This document shows positions 16,573-24,285 of a DNA stretch of 64,000 bases, one piece after another (within the stretch, counting starts at the first letter, position 1; the number at the start of each line of letters is the position of its first letter). The stretch is from assembly GCA_947594065.1 (NCBI GenBank), contig CANQDX010000002.1, positions 1,318-65,317 of the forward strand. Direction: 5' to 3'. The translations under genes were made by a program, and so were the position numbers. Below the pieces are notes generated by a model. That model was given only the letters and a program-made list of their open reading frames with translations. It did no database searches and was not told the DNA's origin. Origin of the DNA: an uncultured Clostridia bacterium (GTDB lineage Bacteria; Bacillota; Clostridia; TANB77; CAG-508).

Positions 16573-19500
16573 TTAATTTATATTTGGTTTTGTTGTAAAA
16601 TCGCTTGCAAGAGTTGTACCTTTAAGGTTAGCAGCCCTTTCATAAATTTCTGTTGCTTTCTTTATTCCATCATCAGATACCGTTCCATTTTTCTTAAGTT
16701 CTTTTGCTAATTCTTTTATTCCTTTGGTCATTTCTGGTGAATTATTCATTTGCCTTGTAGAATTTTTCCTTGCAATATTTAATGCCATTTGCTTTTCACT
16801 AAGACTTTGATGTCCATATATCATATCATCAGAAGCTCTGATAGAATCTAATTCCTTTGGATCTGCCCCTACAGATAATATTTCTAATCTCTTTTTCATT
16901 TCTGTTTTTACTTGTTGTTTTGTTACTACTTTAGGAGTTTCATTAGTAGAACTGCCGGTAGGAGATGCAATAAATTTTGTTGCCTGTTCTTGTGCGTTTT
17001 TATCTTCCAAAAATTCTACTTTAGCCTTAAATCTATCAAGAACTTCTACACTTTTTACTTTACTATCTGATGTACTTTTCGCTATCTGTATAATTTCTTT
17101 TCCAGTGTAACCCTCTTTATGTAATCTAAGAGTTAATTCATTTACTTGTTCTGCACGAATGTCGCCCGAATCAATTCCACCTTGAATTCCAAGAGCAGTA
17201 ACCATTTGTTGATTGCTTGGAACAGTTAAATCTACCGTGCTAGAAGTTGGAGGTAAAGCAATGTTTTGAACACCTCTTAATTCCGCTCCATCTTTCATTA
17301 ATTTTCTTACTTTTTCATCTGCTTCTGCATCACTATTGCCTGCCGCTTTAAAACGTGCAAAGTAATCGTTATATACTCTTTCCATAGCTTTTGGATCTCT
17401 TAATTTGTCTTTAGTATAATCTTGTAACATAGTTGCAGATAAAATTGAACTATTTAATGCATCCTCATCACTCATTTTGCCTTGATTTTGATTTTTATGG
17501 TATTGATCCATTGCATCATCTATTAGTGCATCATTAACACCAAATTGTCTCATTTTGTACATAGCTTCAAGATCTTGATTAATATCTTTTGCTGAACCTA
17601 AGCGTCCACCATTTCTAACCTTGAAATTTCTTCTTGCTCTATCAATATTGGCAGCGTTTGTCATAAATTTTTGTTTATTTGTATCTTTTTTAAAGGCACC
17701 TTTGTTGAATTCTTTTGCGTATTCTCCTGTTGCACTTACAATTCTATTTTTTGTAACTAGATTGCCAGCTCCTCTTCCTAATGCAGCACCTGCCATAGCA
17801 AATTCTTTTCCATTTCCTGTCATTAATCCTAATGTACCAAGTGCAGCAGCACCAGCTAAGGTTGTTGCTCCTCTTATTGTTTTTCCCACTGTTCTTCCTA
17901 CAAATCCTCCAGAAGCTTTAAGAACAGCACCACCTCTTTTTTTCCACAATTCTTTTCCACTTGCTGTTCCATATTTTCTATATAGTTTTCTATTATGTCT
18001 ATCTCTTATTGCAGAAAATCCTCTAGCCATCCTTCCTTGTTCCTTATCGCCATTTTTTGCATCTTCATTTGGATTTGTGTCTTCACCTTGGCCTGCGTTC
18101 TCATTATTTGCGCCAACATCTGACTCAGCATTTTCACCTGCATCTGATTGATCATTTGCACCTGCATCTGATTGATCATTTGCACCTGCATCTGATTGAT
18201 CATTTGCACCTGCATCTGACTCATCATTTTCACCTGCATCTAATTGATTATCATTTGCACCATCATCTGATTCAGCATTTTCACTCGCATCTAATTGATT
18301 ATCATTTGCACTAATATCTGACTCAGCATTTTCGTCTGTACCTGCTTCTAATTCAGCACGGTCTCTTGTATCTATTCCAGAATTTTCATCTGTATTTCCA
18401 TTTGCACCAGCTCCACCAGTTCCATCATCTCCACTGCCATCTCCTTTTCCTATTAAGTCTGAAGTAGATTTTGTTTTTACTGGTAAATCTGTAGATTCAT
18501 TACTTGTATCATCATTTTTATTTGATTTTGAAGGACCACCGCCTCGCATTCTGCTAAGTAGATTTCCTGCAATTGCTCCTCCTGCAAATGCTCCAAGTGG
18601 AGAACCTAATTTATCTCTAAATCCAAACATTTCTTTTACAAATTTTTCTGCTGGTATCATTACTGCAAAGCAAACAATAGAATATAGTATATTATCATTA
18701 GCAAGTTCTGTTGCAGAACCAACTAAAACAATATAAATAAGCAAGTGAAATGGTTGAATAATAACATTATATAAAAATTCTGAAAACCACTTATTAAATG
18801 CCTGTGCTTTTCCATCTGATATTTTATCGATTGGATATGTAATACAAGAGATTGGTCCCAGCAAGATTAAAAAGATAATCGTAAATTCCCTTTTTAAATA
18901 TTTAAAAGCAAATATTATTGTAAATATTAGTACTGCTAAAAGCAAAAATTCATAACCAAAGGCATCACCTATTGTATAATATTTTGTTACACCATTTTTT
19001 GTTTCTTGCCATCTTACATCTTCAATTCCATCCACATCTTCTTCATCGCCTTCATTTATGTTTGCTATTTTAATAAATATTTCTTCTGTTTGAGAATTTG
19101 CTCCACCAGAGGTTCCAATTGCGTCAACCACTTTAGTTGTAAGACTTAATATTGTAATCATCATATAATGCATAGCAATTAATAAACACAGAGCAACTAA
19201 CCAGTCTTTAAACATTGATTTATATTTTGCTTTATCTTGTGCTATGGTAGACATAATCATTCTTATGCCTACATATACTAATACGGAAAGAAGAGCAACA
19301 ATTGAGAAATTTCGAAGGGCATAATACCAGCCTGCAATTACATTTCTAAGTCCTTCCCTTCCACTTATTGTATTCTTTCCAGGTCCTGCATCGTAGTATT
19401 TTGATGCATCTGTTACATTTTCAAATATATCTGCATTAAATAAAAGAAATTTTCCTTTAATGATATTTTCTGGTGTTAATCTTAATCTAATATTAACTTT

Positions 19501-19767
19501 TTGTGTTTCAGTTTTATTATCATCTTTATCTATATGTATTGTTGATCCTTCAATATGATAAACATAATCATTGTTATCATCACAAAATAAGTCGTTTACT
19601 AGTCTAAATATTCCTCTTTCCATCCAAAAAAGTAAACTAGAAAAACCACCTGCCAAGTCAAAGTCTATCGCCTTTACCTGTTTTGGGAAACAAAAATTGA
19701 ATAGTAATAGTATTACCAAAACTAATATGAACTTTTTTCCTTTTTTGCTATTTACATACATATTCAT
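16573..19767 (-). CDS. VirB6/TcpH-like polytopic membrane protein with acidic repeat linker and large C-terminal soluble region
   Basis: 1064 aa. Signal/TM segment followed by about 6 hydrophobic helices (residues ~150-400). Then G/D/N/A/E/S-rich repeats (GANDQSDA x3) and a ~480-aa K-rich C-terminal part. It sits directly after VirB4. Confidence 0.55.
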   Translation of the reverse strand: MNMYVNSKKGKKFILVLVILLLFNFCFPKQVKAIDFDLAGGFSSLLFWMERGIFRLVNDLFCDDNNDYVYHIEGSTIHIDKDDNKTETQKVNIRLRLTPENIIKGKFLLFNADIFENVTDASKYYDAGPGKNTISGREGLRNVIAGWYYALRNFSIVALLSVLVYVGIRMIMSTIAQDKAKYKSMFKDWLVALCLLIAMHYMMITILSLTTKVVDAIGTSGGANSQTEEIFIKIANINEGDEEDVDGIEDVRWQETKNGVTKYYTIGDAFGYEFLLLAVLIFTIIFAFKYLKREFTIIFLILLGPISCITYPIDKISDGKAQAFNKWFSEFLYNVIIQPFHLLIYIVLVGSATELANDNILYSIVCFAVMIPAEKFVKEMFGFRDKLGSPLGAFAGGAIAGNLLSRMRGGGPSKSNKNDDTSNESTDLPVKTKSTSDLIGKGDGSGDDGTGGAGANGNTDENSGIDTRDRAELEAGTDENAESDISANDNQLDASENAESDDGANDNQLDAGENDESDAGANDQSDAGANDQSDAGANDQSDAGENAESDVGANNENAGQGEDTNPNEDAKNGDKEQGRMARGFSAIRDRHNRKLYRKYGTASGKELWKKRGGAVLKASGGFVGRTVGKTIRGATTLAGAAALGTLGLMTGNGKEFAMAGAALGRGAGNLVTKNRIVSATGEYAKEFNKGAFKKDTNKQKFMTNAANIDRARRNFKVRNGGRLGSAKDINQDLEAMYKMRQFGVNDALIDDAMDQYHKNQNQGKMSDEDALNSSILSATMLQDYTKDKLRDPKAMERVYNDYFARFKAAGNSDAEADEKVRKLMKDGAELRGVQNIALPPTSSTVDLTVPSNQQMVTALGIQGGIDSGDIRAEQVNELTLRLHKEGYTGKEIIQIAKSTSDSKVKSVEVLDRFKAKVEFLEDKNAQEQATKFIASPTGSSTNETPKVVTKQQVKTEMKKRLEILSVGADPKELDSIRASDDMIYGHQSLSEKQMALNIARKNSTRQMNNSPEMTKGIKELAKELKKNGTVSDDGIKKATEIYERAANLKGTTLASDFTTKPNIN
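18111..18330. repeat. 24-nt tandem repeat array inside the VirB6-like gene
   Basis: Three perfect units cacctgcatctgattgatcatttg at 18135, 18159 and 18183, flanked by degenerate units on both sides. Encodes (D/E)A(G)AN(D/E)QSD repeats. Confidence 0.85.
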
Positions 19768-19786
19768 TATTAAGGTTTTCCCCTTT

Positions 19787-21736
19787 CTATTTATTAGCTA
19801 GTTTATTTAAGTTTGTTTCTACAAATTCAAATTCTTTTTTCGTTGGTGTAATCTTAAGTATAGCTGTTTCGTTCCCAACCTTTAGTAACCCTTCTCCTAT
19901 TTGTGCTGTTACCAAATAGCTTGCTTCTCCTTCTGAAAGTTTAAATACTTCTTTTAAATACTGTATTTCTGATTTATCTTGTGCTAAGAATAATTTTGTA
20001 TCTGATGATGTAAGAACTGCTTGTGCCTCTGGCTTCTCATAAAAATCTTGAAATCTTTGAGAAATAATTGCAAGTGATACGTTTCTTTTTCTCGCACGAC
20101 GTGCCATTTTGTTTAAAAATTCTACTGCTTCTGGGTATGGTAAAAGCATCCACGCCTCGTCTACAATTACCCTTTTTTGTTTTGCTCTTGATCTATCTTC
20201 ACTATTCTTCTTAACGAATTTTTCCCAAATCCAAGAAAGTAATATTTGTTGTGCAAGTGGTCTTGCAAATCTTTCCTCTAGTTGAGAAATATCTAGGTTT
20301 ATAAATGGCGCACCATCTAATAATTCAAATGTAGATTGTCCATCAAAATATGCCATTTGTCCATCATATTCTCTTACATATTGTTTCATAACTTTTATTA
20401 AATAACTATAATGTTTTGTATAATCTGCATTTGTATTTTCTTTTGCTTTTTGTTGAATTTTTTTATACCAAGAACCAACTGTTGGCATTTCTTTCTTTTC
20501 TTTTTCGATTTGCCCACCATTAATTAATGTTGTATCGCTTTTATATAAACTGTTAATATTGTTATTAATTCCAACTCTTTCATATTCCTCTGCAACGGCT
20601 TCTGCTATAATTTGTTTTGTTACTTCGTTTACTTCTGTACTTCTTGTACTACCCTTTGCCATTGTAAGTAAAGCTTGTGTAACATCTTCTACTTTATTTG
20701 GTACATTTAGTACTGCTCTTTCTCTTCCTGTTATCTCATCTTTTACTAATTCTGGTTCAATATCAAATAAATTTATAATAGTTGGAGATGTTGGACCTAA
20801 GATAACATTAATTCCACCTAAACTTTCTGCAACAATGGTATATTCACCTTCTGCATCTAGTGCTAAACTTTCTATTCCCATTAAAACACTAGAACGAGAA
20901 ATTAATGTTTTCATTGTAACAGATTTACCAGCACCAGATTTAGCAAAAATAACCATATTGTAATTGGTAAGAGATGAATGGAAATTGTCGAACAAAATAG
21001 GAGTTCCTGTTTGTTTATTGTATCCTATTGGTACACCAGTTGGATGCCCAACTTCTGATGATGTAAATGGGAATACTGTTCCCATAGAATTTCTATCAAA
21101 TGTGTGTTTTTTATTAGACAATAAATTTGTAGCAAGAGGTACATTACTTTGAAATGCTTCTTCTTGCATTGCCCACGCCGTTTTTATTCCTATTTGTGTT
21201 TTTCCCATTTCTGTTGTTAATAATTTTGTATATTTTTCTAGGTCTTCTATGTTATATGCAAATAAAGTAGATATAATAGATGCTTCAAACATTTTGTTAA
21301 ATCCTGCAGCTATTTCGTCTCTTAATTGCTCTGTTTCATATTTTTTTTGTGCTAAAACTGCTTCTCTATTTATGTTTCCTTGTCCTGCTGCAACTAGTCT
21401 TTCTGTTTCTAGTTCATTAATAGTTTTATTTAATTCTTGTTGAGATGTTGCTTCTTGAATAGGCTCAATATATACTGAAACGTTTATATCTCCAAAGTCA
21501 TACATTTCTCTTAATAGCTCTGGAAATGTTCCCATACGAGGAAGTGTAGATACAAAGAAGCTTCTTGCTAACCTATTTGTATGAGAAATTATTTCTAAGT
21601 GATTTAAGTTAGTTGTATCTATACCTGAAGGAGCAATGATGTCTTTTATATTTTTAGTTTCAAACATATTAAATTCTTTTTCTTTATCTTCGATTAAATC
21701 TTGGTTAACACTTTCTTTTGTTTTTTTCTTACTCAT
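19787..21736 (-). CDS. VirB4-family T4SS ATPase (TcpF/PrgJ-like)
   Basis: 649 aa. Walker A (AKSGAGKSVT), LDAEGEY, and Walker B in the VirB4-typical context (RVIVDEAWMLL). Also has the VirB4-type N-terminal domain. Confidence 0.8.
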   Translation of the reverse strand: MSKKKTKESVNQDLIEDKEKEFNMFETKNIKDIIAPSGIDTTNLNHLEIISHTNRLARSFFVSTLPRMGTFPELLREMYDFGDINVSVYIEPIQEATSQQELNKTINELETERLVAAGQGNINREAVLAQKKYETEQLRDEIAAGFNKMFEASIISTLFAYNIEDLEKYTKLLTTEMGKTQIGIKTAWAMQEEAFQSNVPLATNLLSNKKHTFDRNSMGTVFPFTSSEVGHPTGVPIGYNKQTGTPILFDNFHSSLTNYNMVIFAKSGAGKSVTMKTLISRSSVLMGIESLALDAEGEYTIVAESLGGINVILGPTSPTIINLFDIEPELVKDEITGRERAVLNVPNKVEDVTQALLTMAKGSTRSTEVNEVTKQIIAEAVAEEYERVGINNNINSLYKSDTTLINGGQIEKEKKEMPTVGSWYKKIQQKAKENTNADYTKHYSYLIKVMKQYVREYDGQMAYFDGQSTFELLDGAPFINLDISQLEERFARPLAQQILLSWIWEKFVKKNSEDRSRAKQKRVIVDEAWMLLPYPEAVEFLNKMARRARKRNVSLAIISQRFQDFYEKPEAQAVLTSSDTKLFLAQDKSEIQYLKEVFKLSEGEASYLVTAQIGEGLLKVGNETAILKITPTKKEFEFVETNLNKLANK

Positions 21737-21739
21737 AAA

Positions 21740-22951
21740 TTATGCTCCTTTCTTTACTCTTTTTTTCTTAGTTTGCTGTTTTTCTTCATTCATATTGTCT
21801 ATTTCTTGTATAGATTCTTCTACTACAGAATCTTCTATATAGCCTTCATTTTCCTTTATCATACTTTTTGCAAGTTCTTTTATTAATTCATCTGTATTTT
21901 TTTCTCGCTGTTCTATTTCTCTTTGTCTTCTATTTCTTAGTTCCACTCTATCAATTGTTTCGTTTGCAAGGTTAAGTGCTCTTTCTTCTATCATTTTATC
22001 TAACTCTTCTACCTTTTTATCAAATACATCTGGTGCAGTGGTATAAAGCGCATCATAACCTGCTCTAATTGCTTTATCTATACCATATACTTCTGAAGAA
22101 TCTCTATTATATGCAACATATAGCAAATCTGCCAATTCTGTTGAATTTAAAACTTTTCCTGTTACTCCACATACAGATAATGTTCTTAAAATTGCTTGTG
22201 CATTAGTATATAGTTCAGAGAAAGCTAAGTCTAATATTTCTTCTTTTTTGAATAAGTCTTCTGAATTTTCTGGGTAATAAGAAATTACTATGTAATAATT
22301 CTTAGTTAAGATGTTTTTGTTTAAACTCATTTTTTCTGTGTTTGCTATAATGTCTTTTGTATATTCATATAAATTTTTTTGTCTAACATATTCTAATTTA
22401 ATTGATTTGAATGTTTTGGGATTAATATTTGGATTTCTTTGAGCATCTTCATATTGCATTCTTGCTTTATTATAATTTGTTTCTATAATTTTTAATTTTT
22501 TCTTGTAATTTGCTACACTATCTTCTAAGTTTACTTTTCTAGATTGAACATAAATTTGAATTGGTCTTACTAATGTATTTAAAAATTGCAAGAATCCTTG
22601 TTCAACGCCTACTTTTTCAATGGAACTCATTAAGTCGTAGTTTATGCCTTGACATTGAATAACCATTATTAGCCTTTTTCCATCTTTTTGTACAATCATA
22701 TTATCTTTTATTTCATCAAAATTCATAAATGTTTTTATGTTTGCGGTTGTATATACTTTTGTTTGAATAATATTCGATTTTTTTGTATTGTTTTCTTCTC
22801 TTAGTTTTAGATCTGTATTCTTATTAGGTGAATTTTCTTGCTTTCTTTTTTTTATTGTTAAAGTAATAAATACTACAATTAAAACAAATAATATTATCAT
22901 ACTAAATGCTAATAGCATAGTTAAAAGCTGTGTTAATGCTTGTGCTTCCAT
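21740..22951 (-). CDS. TM-anchored T4SS-associated protein, unknown; N-terminal half loosely resembles a VirB4 N-terminal domain
   Basis: 403 aa with an N-terminal TM (LLTMLLAFSMIILFVLIVVFITLTI). Coiled-coil acidic tail. Tightly packed (3-nt gap) in front of VirB4. Confidence 0.4.
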   Translation of the reverse strand: MEAQALTQLLTMLLAFSMIILFVLIVVFITLTIKKRKQENSPNKNTDLKLREENNTKKSNIIQTKVYTTANIKTFMNFDEIKDNMIVQKDGKRLIMVIQCQGINYDLMSSIEKVGVEQGFLQFLNTLVRPIQIYVQSRKVNLEDSVANYKKKLKIIETNYNKARMQYEDAQRNPNINPKTFKSIKLEYVRQKNLYEYTKDIIANTEKMSLNKNILTKNYYIVISYYPENSEDLFKKEEILDLAFSELYTNAQAILRTLSVCGVTGKVLNSTELADLLYVAYNRDSSEVYGIDKAIRAGYDALYTTAPDVFDKKVEELDKMIEERALNLANETIDRVELRNRRQREIEQREKNTDELIKELAKSMIKENEGYIEDSVVEESIQEIDNMNEEKQQTKKKRVKKGA

Positions 22952-23290
22952 TTATTTTTCCCCCTCTTTTGTAATATAAATTTTATTCTTTTTTCTCTTG
23001 AATTTGATATATCTTAATATAATATCATCTATGTTTTCTCCTCCTACCAGTCTTGTAACTTTAAATCCATCAGAGTTAGGAACTTTAAATGTACCAATGA
23101 TAAATCCAATTAGTCCTAAAAATGCTATAATGAATATTCCTACCATATTCATTCCTAACATACGAAATAAATAGTAAAAAGGCAGTCCTATTCCTCCTCC
23201 AACTACTGTATAAATTAATGCCTTAGTTGAGAAAATAAATAATATTCTTCCTTCTCCTTTAGTATTTCTTGGTATCATATGGGTTGCCAT
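22952..23290 (-). CDS. PrgI/VirB3-like small membrane protein
   Basis: 112 aa. N-terminus MIPRNTKGEGRILFIFSTKALIY followed by two TM helices. Abuts the next gene with no gap, which is the usual VirB3 position upstream of VirB4. Confidence 0.6.
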   Translation of the reverse strand: MATHMIPRNTKGEGRILFIFSTKALIYTVVGGGIGLPFYYLFRMLGMNMVGIFIIAFLGLIGFIIGTFKVPNSDGFKVTRLVGGENIDDIILRYIKFKRKKNKIYITKEGEK

Positions 23291-23336
23291 AGAATTTCCT
23301 CCTAATAGTTATATTATATCACTTTATATTATAACA

Positions 23337-23363
23337 AAAAACCTTACAAAATGTAAGGTTTTT
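23337..23363 (-). terminator. intrinsic terminator/attenuator after the pilin genes
   Basis: Stem aaaaaccttac / gtaaggttttt with a 5-nt loop. On the minus-strand RNA the hairpin is followed by UUUUUUGUU. Confidence 0.7.
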
Positions 23364-23409
23364 GTTGAAAATTTTCTATTTTTAATATAAATGTAATATT
23401 CTTGTAATA

Positions 23410-23778
23410 TTATGCTCCTGTTACAGATCTACCAAAGCCTACTACAGCTTTACCAACTGCAGAAGCACCAAATACTAACACAGCACCAACTAGATATGGT
23501 ATCATAGATTTTTTGTACTCTGCTTTTTCTTCTGTACTGCCCATCATATACTTAATACCTAAAACAGCAACTATGATAACAGCTAAAATCATACCAACAT
23601 TAGTAATAATAGTTAATATTGTACTACCAATATTTTCAATAGTTGTATCTGCACCATCTTGTAAAGTTTTGTCTGCTGTAACTTGGTTTAAATCGACTAC
23701 TGCAAATACATTTGTACAAATACAAGCTAACATAATAACGATTACAAGTACATTTAAAACTTTTTCTAGTTTTTTCAT
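23410..23778 (-). CDS. VirB2/TrbC-like (Maff2-like) pilin candidate 2
   Basis: 122 aa with a signal peptide (..ACICTNVFA). Two hydrophobic helices are joined by a charged loop (GIKYMMGSTEEKAEYKKSMIPYLVGA). The C-terminal ~75 aa closely match the end of the 507-aa ORF. Confidence 0.6.
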   Translation of the reverse strand: MKKLEKVLNVLVIVIMLACICTNVFAVVDLNQVTADKTLQDGADTTIENIGSTILTIITNVGMILAVIIVAVLGIKYMMGSTEEKAEYKKSMIPYLVGAVLVFGASAVGKAVVGFGRSVTGA

Positions 23779-23844
23779 ATAATTTCCTCCTTTTTATTTT
23801 ATAATTTATTTTAAATATCTTATTTACTAAGATAACATTAAAAA

Positions 23845-24216
23845 CTAAAAATTGCTAATAAGCGTAACCATTAATTTCCATATTCCAAATGAACTAAATA
23901 CAACCAAGCAACTTATTAGATATGGAAATAATGATTCTTTTACTTCTACTTTTTTATCTACTCCAGCCATCATATATTGAATACCCAGTATTGCTCCAAC
24001 TATAACAGCAACACCTGTTGCAGCTGCTAAAAGTAAATTATATATTGTATTGGAAGCTGTTTTTAATTTAGTTGTGTCCATAGTTACATCAGTATGACTC
24101 TGTCCAGTATCTGTCCAATTTTTTGCCTTATCAAAAATATCTCCAACTGCTAGTACGCTTTGAGACAGTAAGATAAATATGACAAAACTAGTTAACATTA
24201 TTTTAACAAATTTCAT
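23845..24216 (-). CDS. VirB2/TrbC-like (Maff2-like) pilin candidate 1
   Basis: 123 aa with a signal peptide (..LSQSVLA). Same helix-loop-helix topology (GIQYMMAGVDKKVEVKESLFPYLISC). Confidence 0.55.
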   Translation of the reverse strand: MKFVKIMLTSFVIFILLSQSVLAVGDIFDKAKNWTDTGQSHTDVTMDTTKLKTASNTIYNLLLAAATGVAVIVGAILGIQYMMAGVDKKVEVKESLFPYLISCLVVFSSFGIWKLMVTLISNF

Positions 24217-24251
24217 ATTTTCTCACCATCCTTTATTTTTATACTAACTTT

Positions 24252-24280
24252 ATTATACAATAAATTACATATTTTTGCAA
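24252..24280 (-). promoter_or_regulatory. near-consensus sigma-A-type promoter for the two small pilin genes
   Basis: On the minus strand: TTGCAA (24275-24280), 17-nt spacer, TATAAT (24252-24257). It lies just after the stop of the 507-aa gene. Confidence 0.5.
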
Positions 24281-24285
24281 CTTTT

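Noticed and set aside
17621-18151. A 176-aa plus-strand ORF, together with many similar plus-strand ORFs in the track (for example 14794.., 15499.., 20559.., 21249.., 23513.., 24275.., 30682.., 31018.., 32163.., 34281.., 41144..).
   Set aside because: All lie antisense inside long minus-strand genes with clear family motifs. They have low-complexity S/F/L/I-rich translations and no RBS. They are shadow ORFs typical of AT-rich DNA.
18006-18314. Met/Gln- and His/Leu-rich ORFs with striking internal repeats (MQVQMINQ..., HLHLHLIDH...).
   Set aside because: They are alternative-frame or opposite-strand readings of the 24-nt tandem repeat inside the VirB6-like gene, not independent genes.
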